A stretch of 42,101 nt of DNA from Nemertoderma westbladi (lineage: Eukaryota > Animalia > Xenacoelomorpha): contig JAUCBJ010002694.1 of the NCBI GenBank assembly GCA_032718475.1, positions 1 to 42,101 on the forward strand, read 5' to 3'. Each line of letters opens with the position of its first letter. Position 1 is the stretch's first letter. The notes below the pieces were generated by a model that was not told the origin of the DNA, did not search any database, and worked only from the letters and a program-made list of their open reading frames with translations. Below, in pieces: positions 24,254 to 34,800 of this stretch. Made by a program: the position numbers and the translations under genes.

Positions 24254-25306
24254 TCAATAGCGTCGTCCTGCGCGGGCATTTACTGAACGAGAGTTTTTTA
24301 TCATAGGTCTTCGAAAATTAGTAAAAGCTGGTTGATTTACTTTACTTTCATCTTCCTCGTTACCCAACTGTTTCTTAATTTTATTCAATTGTTCATTAAT
24401 TTTCAGTAATTTACTTTTATTTCCCAGAACCTGTCTTAATATCTCTTCTCTATTTTCCTCATTTTCTTCCATTTGTTTAATAAATTTCCGCATTTGATTT
24501 TTGTTTCCTAATATTTGTCTCAATATCTCTTCTTTATTTTCATCATTCTCTTCTAAATGTTTAATAAATTTCTGTAATTTAATTTTACTTCCTAGAACTT
24601 GGGTCAATGTCGCCTCTTTATTTTCTTCATTTTCCTTCAAATGTTTAATAATTTTCCGCAATTGATTCTTATTTCCAAGTAATTGCCTCTTTATTTCCTC
24701 ATTATCATCATTTTCATCCTCTTCTCCACTTTCCTGATCTTCACTTTCTTCACCCTCTTTCTGACCTTCACTTTCTTCATCCTCTTCCCCGCCTTCACTT
24801 TCTTCATCGTCTTCCTGTTCTTCACTTTCTTCATCCTCTTCCTGTTCTTCACTTTCTTCATTCTCTTCCTGACCTTCGCTATCTTCACCCTCTTCTTGAC
24901 CTTCACTTTCTTCATCATCATCCTGATCTTCACTTTCTTCGTTCTCAACCTCACTCTCTTCAACTTCATCCTGACCCTCACTATTTTCATTCTCCATCTC
25001 ATCATCCTCTTCTTCTCCATCTTTCTCACTCAAATTTTCCTCATTTTCTAGGGGTAACTGTTTTTGTATCCCTTTCAAAATATTCATAACTTTATGAAAT
25101 TTACTTTCCATTGTCTGTTTTATATTTAATATATCACGCTCATCTCTCTTTTTCTTTTCATCTTCACTAAAAATATCTTCGGATTTTTTAAATTTTTTTG
25201 GTAATGGAGCCATTAGTTTTTCCTTTCCATGTGTTTCCATATGACGAGATAAATTGTCTTGTCTCATTTCTTTATTACAGACCAAACAAGTTTCATGTCT
25301 ATGCAT
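24254..25306 (-). CDS. 350-aa protein: N-terminal C2H2-like zinc finger, acidic 10-aa repeats, 28-aa coiled-coil repeats; sole cargo ORF of the element
   Basis: CLVC-x11-H-x3-H, basic PKKFKK, EESEGQEE-type repeats, about four EEILRQ.LGNK..L.K.IK.LEENEENK repeats. Uninterrupted and intronless, A at -3, first ATG after a predicted Inr. Confidence 0.8.
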   Translation of the reverse strand: MHRHETCLVCNKEMRQDNLSRHMETHGKEKLMAPLPKKFKKSEDIFSEDEKKKRDERDILNIKQTMESKFHKVMNILKGIQKQLPLENEENLSEKDGEEEDDEMENENSEGQDEVEESEVENEESEDQDDDEESEGQEEGEDSEGQEENEESEEQEEDEESEEQEDDEESEGGEEDEESEGQKEGEESEDQESGEEDENDDNEEIKRQLLGNKNQLRKIIKHLKENEENKEATLTQVLGSKIKLQKFIKHLEENDENKEEILRQILGNKNQMRKFIKQMEENEENREEILRQVLGNKSKLLKINEQLNKIKKQLGNEEDESKVNQPAFTNFRRPMIKNSRSVNARAGRRY

Positions 25307-25418
25307 TATATAGCAATGTCAATTGAAAATATTGAATTTTAGCTAAATGATTTTACAAAATTTTAAATAAATTAAACTTTTATGAAAATAAATAAAACTT
25401 TTTAATATAAAACTTAGA

Positions 25419-25544
25419 GAATGACTGGGAATGCGTTGAACGGGGGTTATTATAGAGGGAGGCTAGAATGGATTATCCAATCAGAGTGCGAGGGTGAGTT
25501 AGGCAGCCAATCAGGACTCGAGGGAGGAAAGTTAAACAGCCAAT
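25419..25544 (-). promoter_or_regulatory. Pol II promoter for the zinc-finger ORF: 3x CCAAT, TATA, Inr
   Basis: CCAAT at 25477, 25507 and 25540 (30 and 33 bp apart, in NF-Y-like CCAATCAG/CCAATGAG context). Minus-strand TATAATAA at 25454-25447 and TCATTC Inr at 25424-25419, about 32 bp apart. Confidence 0.65.
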
Positions 25545-25760
25545 GAGAGAGCAGATGCGAGTACAGGGGTAAAGTGCCCGCCCATCCATGGTGAGATAAC
25601 GTCACACTAACTCTCAAGGATAGTTATACTCACCATTCAAATATCCCTCGCAAACCAGATTCCCCCCAGCATCTAACGTATTCCACTTCAATGCAAAATA
25701 TATAGAGCTTTAGTTGGATTTGAACCTGTGCTTGTAAACTTTTTTGTGCTCGTATATTGA

Positions 25761-26718
25761 AGTGAGGCATAGACTATGCCTCACTGAGGCATAGTCTATG
25801 CCTCAGTGCCTTAGTGAGGCATAGTCTATGCCTCAATGAGTCATAGTCTATGCCTCAGTGCCTCAGTGAGGCATAGTCTATGCCTCAGTGAGTCATAGTC
25901 TATGCCTCAGTGCCTCAGTGAGGCATAGTCTATGCCTCAGTGAGGTCTAGTCTATGCCTCAGTGAGGCAGAGTCTATCCCTCACTGCCTCAGTGAGGCAC
26001 TGAGTGAGGCATAGACTATGCCTCAGTGAGTCATAGTCTATGCCTCATGCCTCAGTGAGGCATAGTCTATGCCTCAGTGAGGCATAGTCTATGCCTCAGT
26101 GAGTCATAGTCTATGCCTCAGTGCCTCAGTGGGGCAGTGAGGCATAGTCTATGCCTCAGTGAGGCATAGTCTATGCCTCAGTGAGTCATAGTCTATGCCT
26201 CAGTGAGTCATAGTCTATGCCTCAGTGCCTCAGTGAGGCCTAGTCTATGCCTCAGTGAGGCCTAGTCTATGCCTCAGTGAGGCATAGTCTATGCCTCAGT
26301 GAGGCATAGTCTATACCTCAGTGAGTCAGTGAGGCATAGTCTATGCCTCAGTGAGGCCTAGTCTACGCCTCAGTGAGGCATAGTCTATGCCTCAGTGCCT
26401 CAGTGAGGCATAGTCTATGCCTCAGTGAGGCATAGTCTATGCCTCAGTGAGTCATAGTCTATGCCTCAGTGCCTCAGTGAGGCATAGTCTATGCCTCAGT
26501 GAGGCATAGTCTATGCCTCAGTGAGGCATAGTCTATGCCTCAGTGAGTCATAGTCTATGCCTCAGTGAGTCATAGTCTATGCCTCAGTGAGTCATAGTCT
26601 ATGCCTCAGTGCCTCATAGTCTATGCCTCAGTGAGGCATAGTCTATGCCTCAGTGCCTCAATGAGGCATAGTCTATGCCTCAGTGAGTCATAGTCTATGC
26701 CTCGGTGAGGCATAGTCT
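25761..26718. repeat. 22-bp quasi-palindromic satellite, inverted relative to 23457-23676, ~43 copies
   Basis: (AGTCTATGCCTCAGTGAGGCAT)n with TGAGTCA variants and short half-unit duplications. Confidence 0.97.
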
Positions 26719-26781
26719 GTGTCAAGTCTTAAATGAGAGTCTTACAAATTCGAACGTCAACGAGCAAATTCGAAGGTTACT

Positions 26782-26855
26782 GTTCCACCTTGGTGTAGTG
26801 GTTGCGTTGAATTCACATCTCCCGTATGTCATGGGTTCGATCCCCGCATGAACCA
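26782..26855 (+). ncRNA. tRNA-like (Val-CAC-derived) unit in right arm, facing outward
   Basis: GTTCCACCTTGGTGTAGTGGTT...TTCACA...GGGTTCGATCCCC...TGAACCA, then TTTT at 26862-26865. Confidence 0.62.
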
Positions 26856-27859
26856 GGGCAGTTTTCGTTCGGTCAGCAATAGGCCTAACGTTGCAAAATG
26901 CAGTATTATTGCCTAGTAACCAATTCATGGCTATCGTATGGTTTTCACTTTGAGATATTTCGCCCTCTAGCGGCAGACGGGGGAACTTCAGACTACTCTG
27001 TGACCCTGCAAAAGATATAGCCTATGCCGTAATAGATGCCGATTGGGGGGTCAAATTAAGTAATAATATATCTTAATAAGTCTCAAACATCTTGCCTCAT
27101 GGCTCGCCCCTTAGAACTCTTGAGCAATATAACTTCATGGTTTTGCGGATTGTAAATATCAAAGCTAGAGAAGATGTTAATTTTTAAACAATACGCCCTC
27201 TAGCGGCAGACTATGGAACTGCAGGCGGTTGGATATAGGTAACAGTAATTAGTAATCAGAGCTGTCACGGGGTGGGGGCGGGGGGCGCTTGGATACAACT
27301 ATCATTAATATGCTGTTGCTTGGTTAAAGCTAATTGGGGGGGTCAAAGGTCAAAGGTCAGCGATAAAGCTGTCTGGATATAGATAAGAGTAATTAGTTGC
27401 CAGTAAGGGAGCTGTATACCCATAAAGTACAAATGAATAATTAAAGTAAAATAAAGTACAAATAATTAATTAAAATTAAATATAAATAAATAGGTATTAA
27501 TGAATAAAAGAGTAATGATGGCAGAGGAGGGGTCCCCCGCCGATGAACGTAGTTGATAGTTGCTGGGAATGTGGTGAACGGGGGATGCAATAGGTAATTA
27601 TATAGCTAAATATAGACATGATGTCATAGTGATCTCATTGGTAATATAAAAACTACTTAATCTAAAAATAGAAATCAATGTATAAAGTAAAAGTAATATA
27701 TACAATTAATTAATTTAAAATAAAGTACAAATGAATAATTAATTTAGAATTAAATACAAATAAAATAAAATGCAAATAATTAATTAAAATTAAGTATAAA
27801 TAAATAAGTATTAATGAATAAAAGAGCCGCGGTGTCACTTATGACACCCTCTTGGGCCT

Positions 27860-28130
27860 CTCGGCGACAGTTAGACCCAACTCATGACTCATCGCTTAGG
27901 AATGTGACGCCTTGGGTGTCATTGGCGCCAGACTGTCTGGGTGACACCTCCCAATTAGGCTAATTAGACCCTAATTAGGGTTTAATTGTACTAATTAATT
28001 GATGACACCTGTCAATTAGGGTCTAATTAGCCTAATTGGGAGGTGTCACCCAGACAGTCTGGCGCCAATGACACCCAAGGCGTCACATTCCTAAGCGATG
28101 AGTCATGAGTTGGGTCTAACTGTCGCCGAG
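27860..28130. repeat. Subterminal hairpin: ~117-bp perfect stem, ~37-nt loop
   Basis: CTCGGCGACAGTTAGACCC...GACCCTAATT (27860-27976) is the reverse complement of 28014-28130. Confidence 0.93.
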
Positions 28131-28229
28131 CCGGCCAAGACCCTACTACTAGTTATGTATATTTCACTATTAACCATTGATTATTATTATTTTTATAGCG
28201 CATCTAAGAAATACTTTATTAGAAACCAC

Positions 28230-28650
28230 GGGATTTGTGTGAGTGAATTGAGCTCAACTTATTAAATTGTTTTGTAAATATCCCTACTTCTGATCTATGT
28301 TCGCTTTTATTTATATGAAATACTGTACGTCGTGCATAAGCTTATACATATTTCAGATTTGTAGATTTCCTGGACAGGGAGTATATTGAGTCGCTTATAC
28401 ATAGGAACACATGAACTACGGGAATGATTAAAAGTTATTTTGCTAAATACGGGAAGGACACTGATTGGACGATAATTGGACGTATCCATTGGGTCTCCGC
28501 CTTTTTATATGGGGAAATCTTTCGCACACTTGAGGATGTCTGGAAAAAATCATCTCGATATACTCAGGTTGAAGAGGTAATTTAAGTGTATAGAGAGGGG
28601 TTTGTTAATTTAATTGGGAACGTATCATTAATTCCAGATGACTCATTGAG
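28230..28650 (-). pseudogene. Decayed, internally deleted L2/CR1-group LINE ORF2 fragment
   Basis: Pre-RT motif DTSNYRPISVLPVFSKI is fused directly to the post-RT motif PMYKRLNILPVQEIYK. Upstream YLFNLS..FPDILKCAK-like sequence has stops and frameshifts. Confidence 0.72.
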
Positions 28651-29281
28651 TTGTAATAGAAGATATTCAACCTAAAAAGAAGAAAAATAAGAAAAATAAA
28701 CTAACATCGTTCTTTAGCTCATCGACTTGGTTAGTTAGGTTTGTATTTAAATCTTTTACTTGGTCACTCAACCCATTAATATTTTCTTTCAACTCTGTTA
28801 CATTCTGTTCTTCCAACTCTGTAACCTGTTAGGAAATATTTTTATTTGAAATTATTGTTTTTTAAATTCTGTAAATCCTTTGCACACACTGATCAGTGGG
28901 TGAGGGGGGGGGGGGGCCACGAACATAACGTCTTCAACACAACTAACATATACAGACTGATAAACTACTGAAATCATCATTCTAAAACTACTCACTTATG
29001 AACTATCAATACTACTTATTTAAACTACAAAAAGGGAACATACTGTATGTGAGTGTTACACTTGTACTGATGAAATAGCGACTGCCATTGTAACAAAAAC
29101 TTTATATACTGCGGTTGACACTATTGTACTGTAGTGAAAAACCTATACTGTATGGTAGAGTGTGGGGGTGTGAGATCCGGTAAGAGGGCCAGCCAATGGA
29201 ATTGTAAATGTTTTTTAATTACGAATTCAACTCAACTTGTCACCCACCACTTACAATATCTACAATCTATCTTACAATATC

Positions 29282-29850
29282 TGTGGGGTGTTGGTGGACA
29301 GGAGCGGAACCCACGGCCTCAGCTGTCTCCATAATTATGGAAAATACACTCGTCATGCTGAGGCCAATGACATAATACACCGAGCCCTCTCATCAGCAGG
29401 TGTTTCCTCCACACTAGAGCCCCGCGGCCTAGCCATAGATGGCAAGAAACCAACGGAGTGACTTTGGGCCCCTGGTCTTCAGGCCGCCCACTAGTGTGGG
29501 ACTACACCTGTCGTGATACGTTGGCCCCAACGTATCTACCAGCCACATCCCAGGAAGCTGGAACAGCAGCAACCATGGCCGAATCAACCAAAGGCACTAA
29601 GTATGCAGCCCTGCAACACGACTATATATTCCGTAGCATTGCGACAGAAACCCTGGAACCGGTAGGAGTCGAAGGCACTGAAACACTTCGCGAAATAGGG
29701 CGCAGGATCAGCAATCGGACAGGGGAACCCCATTCCACTGCATGCATACCTGTTGCAACGCCTTTCAATAGCCACCATCCGAGGGAATGCAGTAGCAGTT
29801 CTTGGCACCTTCCCCAGTCAGGCTAGGTTGGACGAGGTCTTCCTTATCTG
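29282..29850 (+). pseudogene. 3' fragment of a CRE-like non-LTR retrotransposon (zinc knuckle + restriction-like endonuclease)
   Basis: CGVLVD..GTHGLSC...RH...NDIIHRAL...EPRGL..DGKKP / TLGPWSSGRPLVWDYTCRDTLA...K..KY...ETL / LLQRLSIA..RGNA, split by frameshifts near 29455 and 29745. Confidence 0.82.
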
Positions 29851-30472
29851 AAACGTCCTTCACTCCGTCACCACTCCGTCTATCCTTCTTTACCACCACC
29901 TAGTCTCTTAATCTCTATTCTTGTCCCCACCGAGCCAATCAGTCAGTCTCCGGTCGCCATTCTCATTGTAATTCTTCTGTGTAATCGTTTATTTATTCTA
30001 CCCCTTGGTAGAATTATTATATGTTCTGTTTACACTTAATACTATAATTCAATATATATTAATCGAATTTTCATTAATTGTAATTTTGCTATAGTAAGTT
30101 TTAAATCTATCTTATCTCAACTTAACAATTGTTTGTTTACGTCTTAATTTAGAAAGCTCAAATATACAACCACTAATTTAAGATAAATAATATATAAGAT
30201 AATATCTATGAAATCGCATGGAATTAATTTTAGCAAATAATTATGTTACAAATGAAAGGCGATAGATGAGAAATAGCTACAAATTCGAAAATGGCACTGT
30301 GCCGCCTTTATGAGGGGTAGTATTTAAGTACTAATGTCTACTTTATATAAGTATGTTTGGTACGAGAAGAAAATAAGACTTGGTCCGATCATATTTACTG
30401 GGAAGAATAATATTATTGATTTTAATTTATTCACAACTTTTTCCTTCCAGTCCAATCTGAGTAAATCTGAGT

Positions 30473-30980
30473 TTAATGTTGAAAATGTGCTATTCGATGC
30501 TGTGGATCTGGATATAAAATAATAATAATAATTTAAATAACTAATATACTTACATTAATACCTCTACATTGTCCATCATTTGCCTGTAATAATAAATAAA
30601 TTATATATAGCTATTGCTGAAAGAATAATACATTTATTTAGTAAATCAATAATAATTATTAAGCATTGATATGGTATTGTTTTTAAGTGGTTAAGCTATT
30701 GAGTGTTATCATCTCAAATATTACTGTCCAGTATTTGGTAGTTATTTTTTTGACCCCTTTTTTTGCTCTTCCAGACTGTGATTCACACAGTAAGCGAATA
30801 GAACATTGAATAAAATCCAATAATAACTATTTACAGTACATACTTGTGTGTAAAGTAGCACTTTACAGTGTGATGATCCGAGTGGCTTTGTTACACGAAC
30901 GTATGTTAGTAAGTGAGTGAAAATAAAGTCACGAGGATCAGAACACTGTAAAGTACTTTGCACCAAGTATGTATGTAGTT
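30473..30980 (-). CDS. Possible 3' exons of an unidentified small-exon gene
   Basis: Candidate exons 30980-30844, 30775-30725, 30583-30562 and 30507-30473 have AG/GT boundaries and compatible phases. No recognisable homology. Confidence 0.3.
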
Positions 30981-31830
30981 CTATTCCAAAATTGTAACAT
31001 TACGAAATGATTTTACATATACATCATAACTTACAGTATAAGTGATAGAAACTGCACCAATTATATTAGTTGCTGTATAAATAAATGTAAAAGTGACATA
31101 AATTATGTTATAAATAAGTTAGCTTATATTTATGGTGGCGTTTGGAGCCATGTTATAATATAATAATATAGCTAGGCCCTACTGGTTATTAATAGCTACT
31201 GTATACCCCGCCCCGCCTCCTGCAGTATCTGGCTGTCAGGCAAATTTCCACCTATTGATTACTGTATGTACGTGGTAACCATTGACGCCGTAACATTACA
31301 GCTCGCCGTGATTGGTTACTACTGTAAATAAACATGGGACATTACAACACTGCAACACCCACTACAATACTAATTATACAGGCCAATACAATGCTGTAAT
31401 GTCCTCTAAGGTTGTAAAGTGCTGACTAACAACAACATGCTGTTAATACTAACGGCGTTGAGTAAAGTTACAATCTTGTAGGAAAGGAGCAGGTTACAGA
31501 GGCGGGTTTTCCTAACAAAAACAATAAACGGTCACTTTTTCTAAACAAAAAAATATTGGCAGTGTTGATCTTGATATGGTAGATTAGACATAGGCTGTAG
31601 GTATGGTATAACATATATCACAAAAGTCATGATCAATCATAATTACAACAGAAATCAAGACAGCTGGTTAATGCTGCACTGCACAGTACAGTACCGTAAA
31701 CTACTCTGCTTCCGCATCATTAACTATGACTCAGCATCAGCACCACACAACACCAACCAAATTCCGCACGCCTATAATGAGGCGTTACCTATCAGCCTAT
31801 AGGCCTACTATAATGTAATACCGGCGTATG

Positions 31831-34800
31831 AACTATACTACCGTTGTAGTAGCTGCACTACCGTAGAATCTACACTACCGTTGTAGTAGCTGCACTACCG
31901 TAGAAACTACACTACCGTTGTAGTAGCTGTACTACCGTATAAATTATACTACCGTTGTAGTAGCTGCACTACCGTAGAATCTATACTACCGTTGTAGTAA
32001 CTGCACTACCGTATAAACTATACTACCGTTGTAGTAGCTGCACTACTGTAGAAACTATACTACCGTTGTAGTAGCTGTACTACCGTATAAACTACACTAC
32101 CGTTGTAGTAGCTGCACTACCGTAGAATCTATACTACCGTTGTAGTAGCTGCACTACCGTAGAATCTATACTACCGTTGTAGTAGCTGCACTACCGTATA
32201 AACTATACTACCGTTGTAGTAGCTGTACTACCGTATAAACTATACTACCGTTGTAGTAGCTGCTCTACCATAGAAACTACACTACCGTTGTAGTAGCTGT
32301 ACTACCGTAGAATCTATACTACCGTTGTAGTAGCTGCACTACCGTAGAAACTATACTACCGTTGTAGTAGCTGCACTACCGTATAAACTATACTACCGTT
32401 GTAGTAGCTGCACTACCGTAGAATCTATACTACCGTTGTAGTAGCTGTACTACCGTATAAACTACACTACCGTTGTAGTAGCTGCACTACCGTAGAAACT
32501 ATACTGCCGTTGTAGTAGCTGCACCACCGTTGTAGTAGCTGCACTACCGTAGAAACTATACTAACGTTGTAGTAGCTGCACTACTGTAGAAACTATACTA
32601 CCGTTGTAGTAGCTGCACTACCGTACAAACTATACTACCGTTGTAGTAGCTGCACTACCGTAGAAACTACACTACCGTTGTAGTAGCTGCACTACCGTAT
32701 AAACTATACTACCGTTGTAGTAGCTGCACTACCGTAGAATCTATAATAACGTTGTAGTAGCTGCACTGCCGTTGTATTAGCTGCACTACCGTAGAAACTA
32801 CACTACCGTTGTAGTAGCTGCACTACCGTAGAAACTATACTACCGTTGTAGTAGCTGCACTACCGTAGAAACTACACTACCGTTGTCGTAACTGCACTAC
32901 CGTATAAACTATACTACCGTTGTAGTAGCTGCACTACAGTAGAAACTATACTACCGTTGTAGTAGCTGCACTACCGTAGAAACTATACTACCGTTGTATT
33001 AGCTGCACTACCGTAGAAACTACACTACCGCTGTAGTAGCTGCACTACCGTAGAAACTATACTACCGTTGTAGTAGCTGCACTACCGTAGAAACTATACT
33101 ACCGTTGTAGTAGCTGTACTACCGTATAAACTACACTACCGTTGTAGTAGCTGCACTACCGTAGAAACTATACTACCGTTGTAGTAGCTGCACTATCATA
33201 GAAACTACACTACCGTTGTAGTAGCTGCACTACCGTATAAACTACACTACCGTTGTAGTAGCTGCACTACCGTAGAAACTATACTACCGTTGTAGTAGCT
33301 GCACTACCGTATAAACTACACTACCGTTGTAGTAGCTGCACTACCATAGAAACTACACTACCGTTGTAGTAGCTGCACTACCGTAGAAACTACACTACCG
33401 TTGTAGTAGCTGCACTACTGTAGAAACTACACTACCGTTGTAGTAGCTGCACTACAGTAGAAACTATACTACCGTTGTAGTAGCTGCACTACCGTAGAAA
33501 CTACACTACCGTTGTAGTAGCTGCACTACCGTAGAAACTACACTACCGTTGTCGTAGCTGCACTACCGTAGAAACTACACTACCGTTGTAGTAGCTGCAC
33601 TACCGTAGAAACTATACTACCGTTGTAGTAGCTGCACTACAGTAGAAACTATACTACCGTTGTAGTAGCTGCACTACCGTAGAAACTATACTACCGTTGT
33701 ATTAGCTGCACTACCGTAGAAACTACACTACCGCTGTAGTAGCTGCACTACCGTAGAAACTATACTACCGTTGTAGTAGCTGCACTACCGTAGAAACTAT
33801 ACTACCGTTGTAGTAGCTGCACTACCGTTATATTAGCTGCACTACCGTAGAAACTATACTACCGTTGTAGTAGCTGCACTACCGTATAAACTATACTACC
33901 GTTGTAGTAGCTGCACTACCGTAGAAACTACATTACCGTTGTAGTAGCTGCACTACCGTATAAACTATACTACCGTTGTAGTAGCTGCACTACCGTAGAA
34001 TCTATAATACCGTTGTAGTAGCTGCACTGCCGTTGTATTAGCTGCACTAGCGTAGAAACTACACTACCGTTGTAGTAGCTGCACTACCGTAGAAACTATA
34101 CTACCGTTGTAGTAGCTGCACTGCCGTTGTATTAGCTGCACTACCGTAGAAACTACACTACCGTTGTAGTAGCTGCACTACCGTAGAAACTATACTACCG
34201 TTGTAGTAGCTGCACTACCGTAGAAACTACACTACCGTTGTAGTAACTGCACTACCGTAGAAACTATACTACCGTTGTAGTAGCTGCACTACAGTAGAAA
34301 CTATACTACCGTTGTAGTAGCTGCACTACCGTAGAAACTATACTACCGTTGTATTAGCTGCACTACCGTAGAAACTACACTACCGCTGTAGTAGCTGCAC
34401 TACCGTAGAAACTATACTACCGTTGTAGTAGCTGCACTACCGTAGAAACTATACTACCGTTGTAGTAGCTGCACTACCGTTGTATTAGCTGCACTACCGT
34501 AGAAACTATACTACCGTTGTAGTAGCTGCACTACCGTATAAACTATACTACCGTTGTAGTAGCTGCACTACCGTAGAAACTACACTACCGTTGTAGTAGC
34601 TGCACTACCGTATAAACTATACTACCGTTGTAGTAGCTGCACTACCGTAGAATCTATAATACCGTTGTAGTAGCTGCACTGCCGTTGTATTAGCTGCACT
34701 ACCGTAGAAACTACACTACCGTTGTAGTAGCTGCACTACCGTAGAAACTACACTACCGTTGTCGTAACTGCACTACCGTATAAACTATACTACCGTTGTA

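Larger units (their letters stand above)
21580..28150. mobile_element. Non-autonomous Polinton/Maverick-like element with long mosaic inverted arms
   Basis: Ends AGTAGTAGGGTCTTGGCCGGCTC... and ...GAGCCGGCCAAGACCCTACTACT. Inverted homology in blocks: 21895-21970/27780-27853, 22015-22297/27160-27440, 23035-23456/26719-27140, satellites, 23672-23724/25538-25595. No pPolB, integrase or capsid ORF, and no 6-bp TSD seen. Confidence 0.72.

Noticed and set aside
24683-25051. Hydrophobic and Lys/Met-rich ORFs overlapping the zinc-finger gene; antisense ORFs inside TAF1B
   Set aside because: Shadow frames of real coding sequence.
21574-28156. Target-site duplication for the large element
   Set aside because: Flanks CTTACC and AGTTAT do not match at any length I tried.
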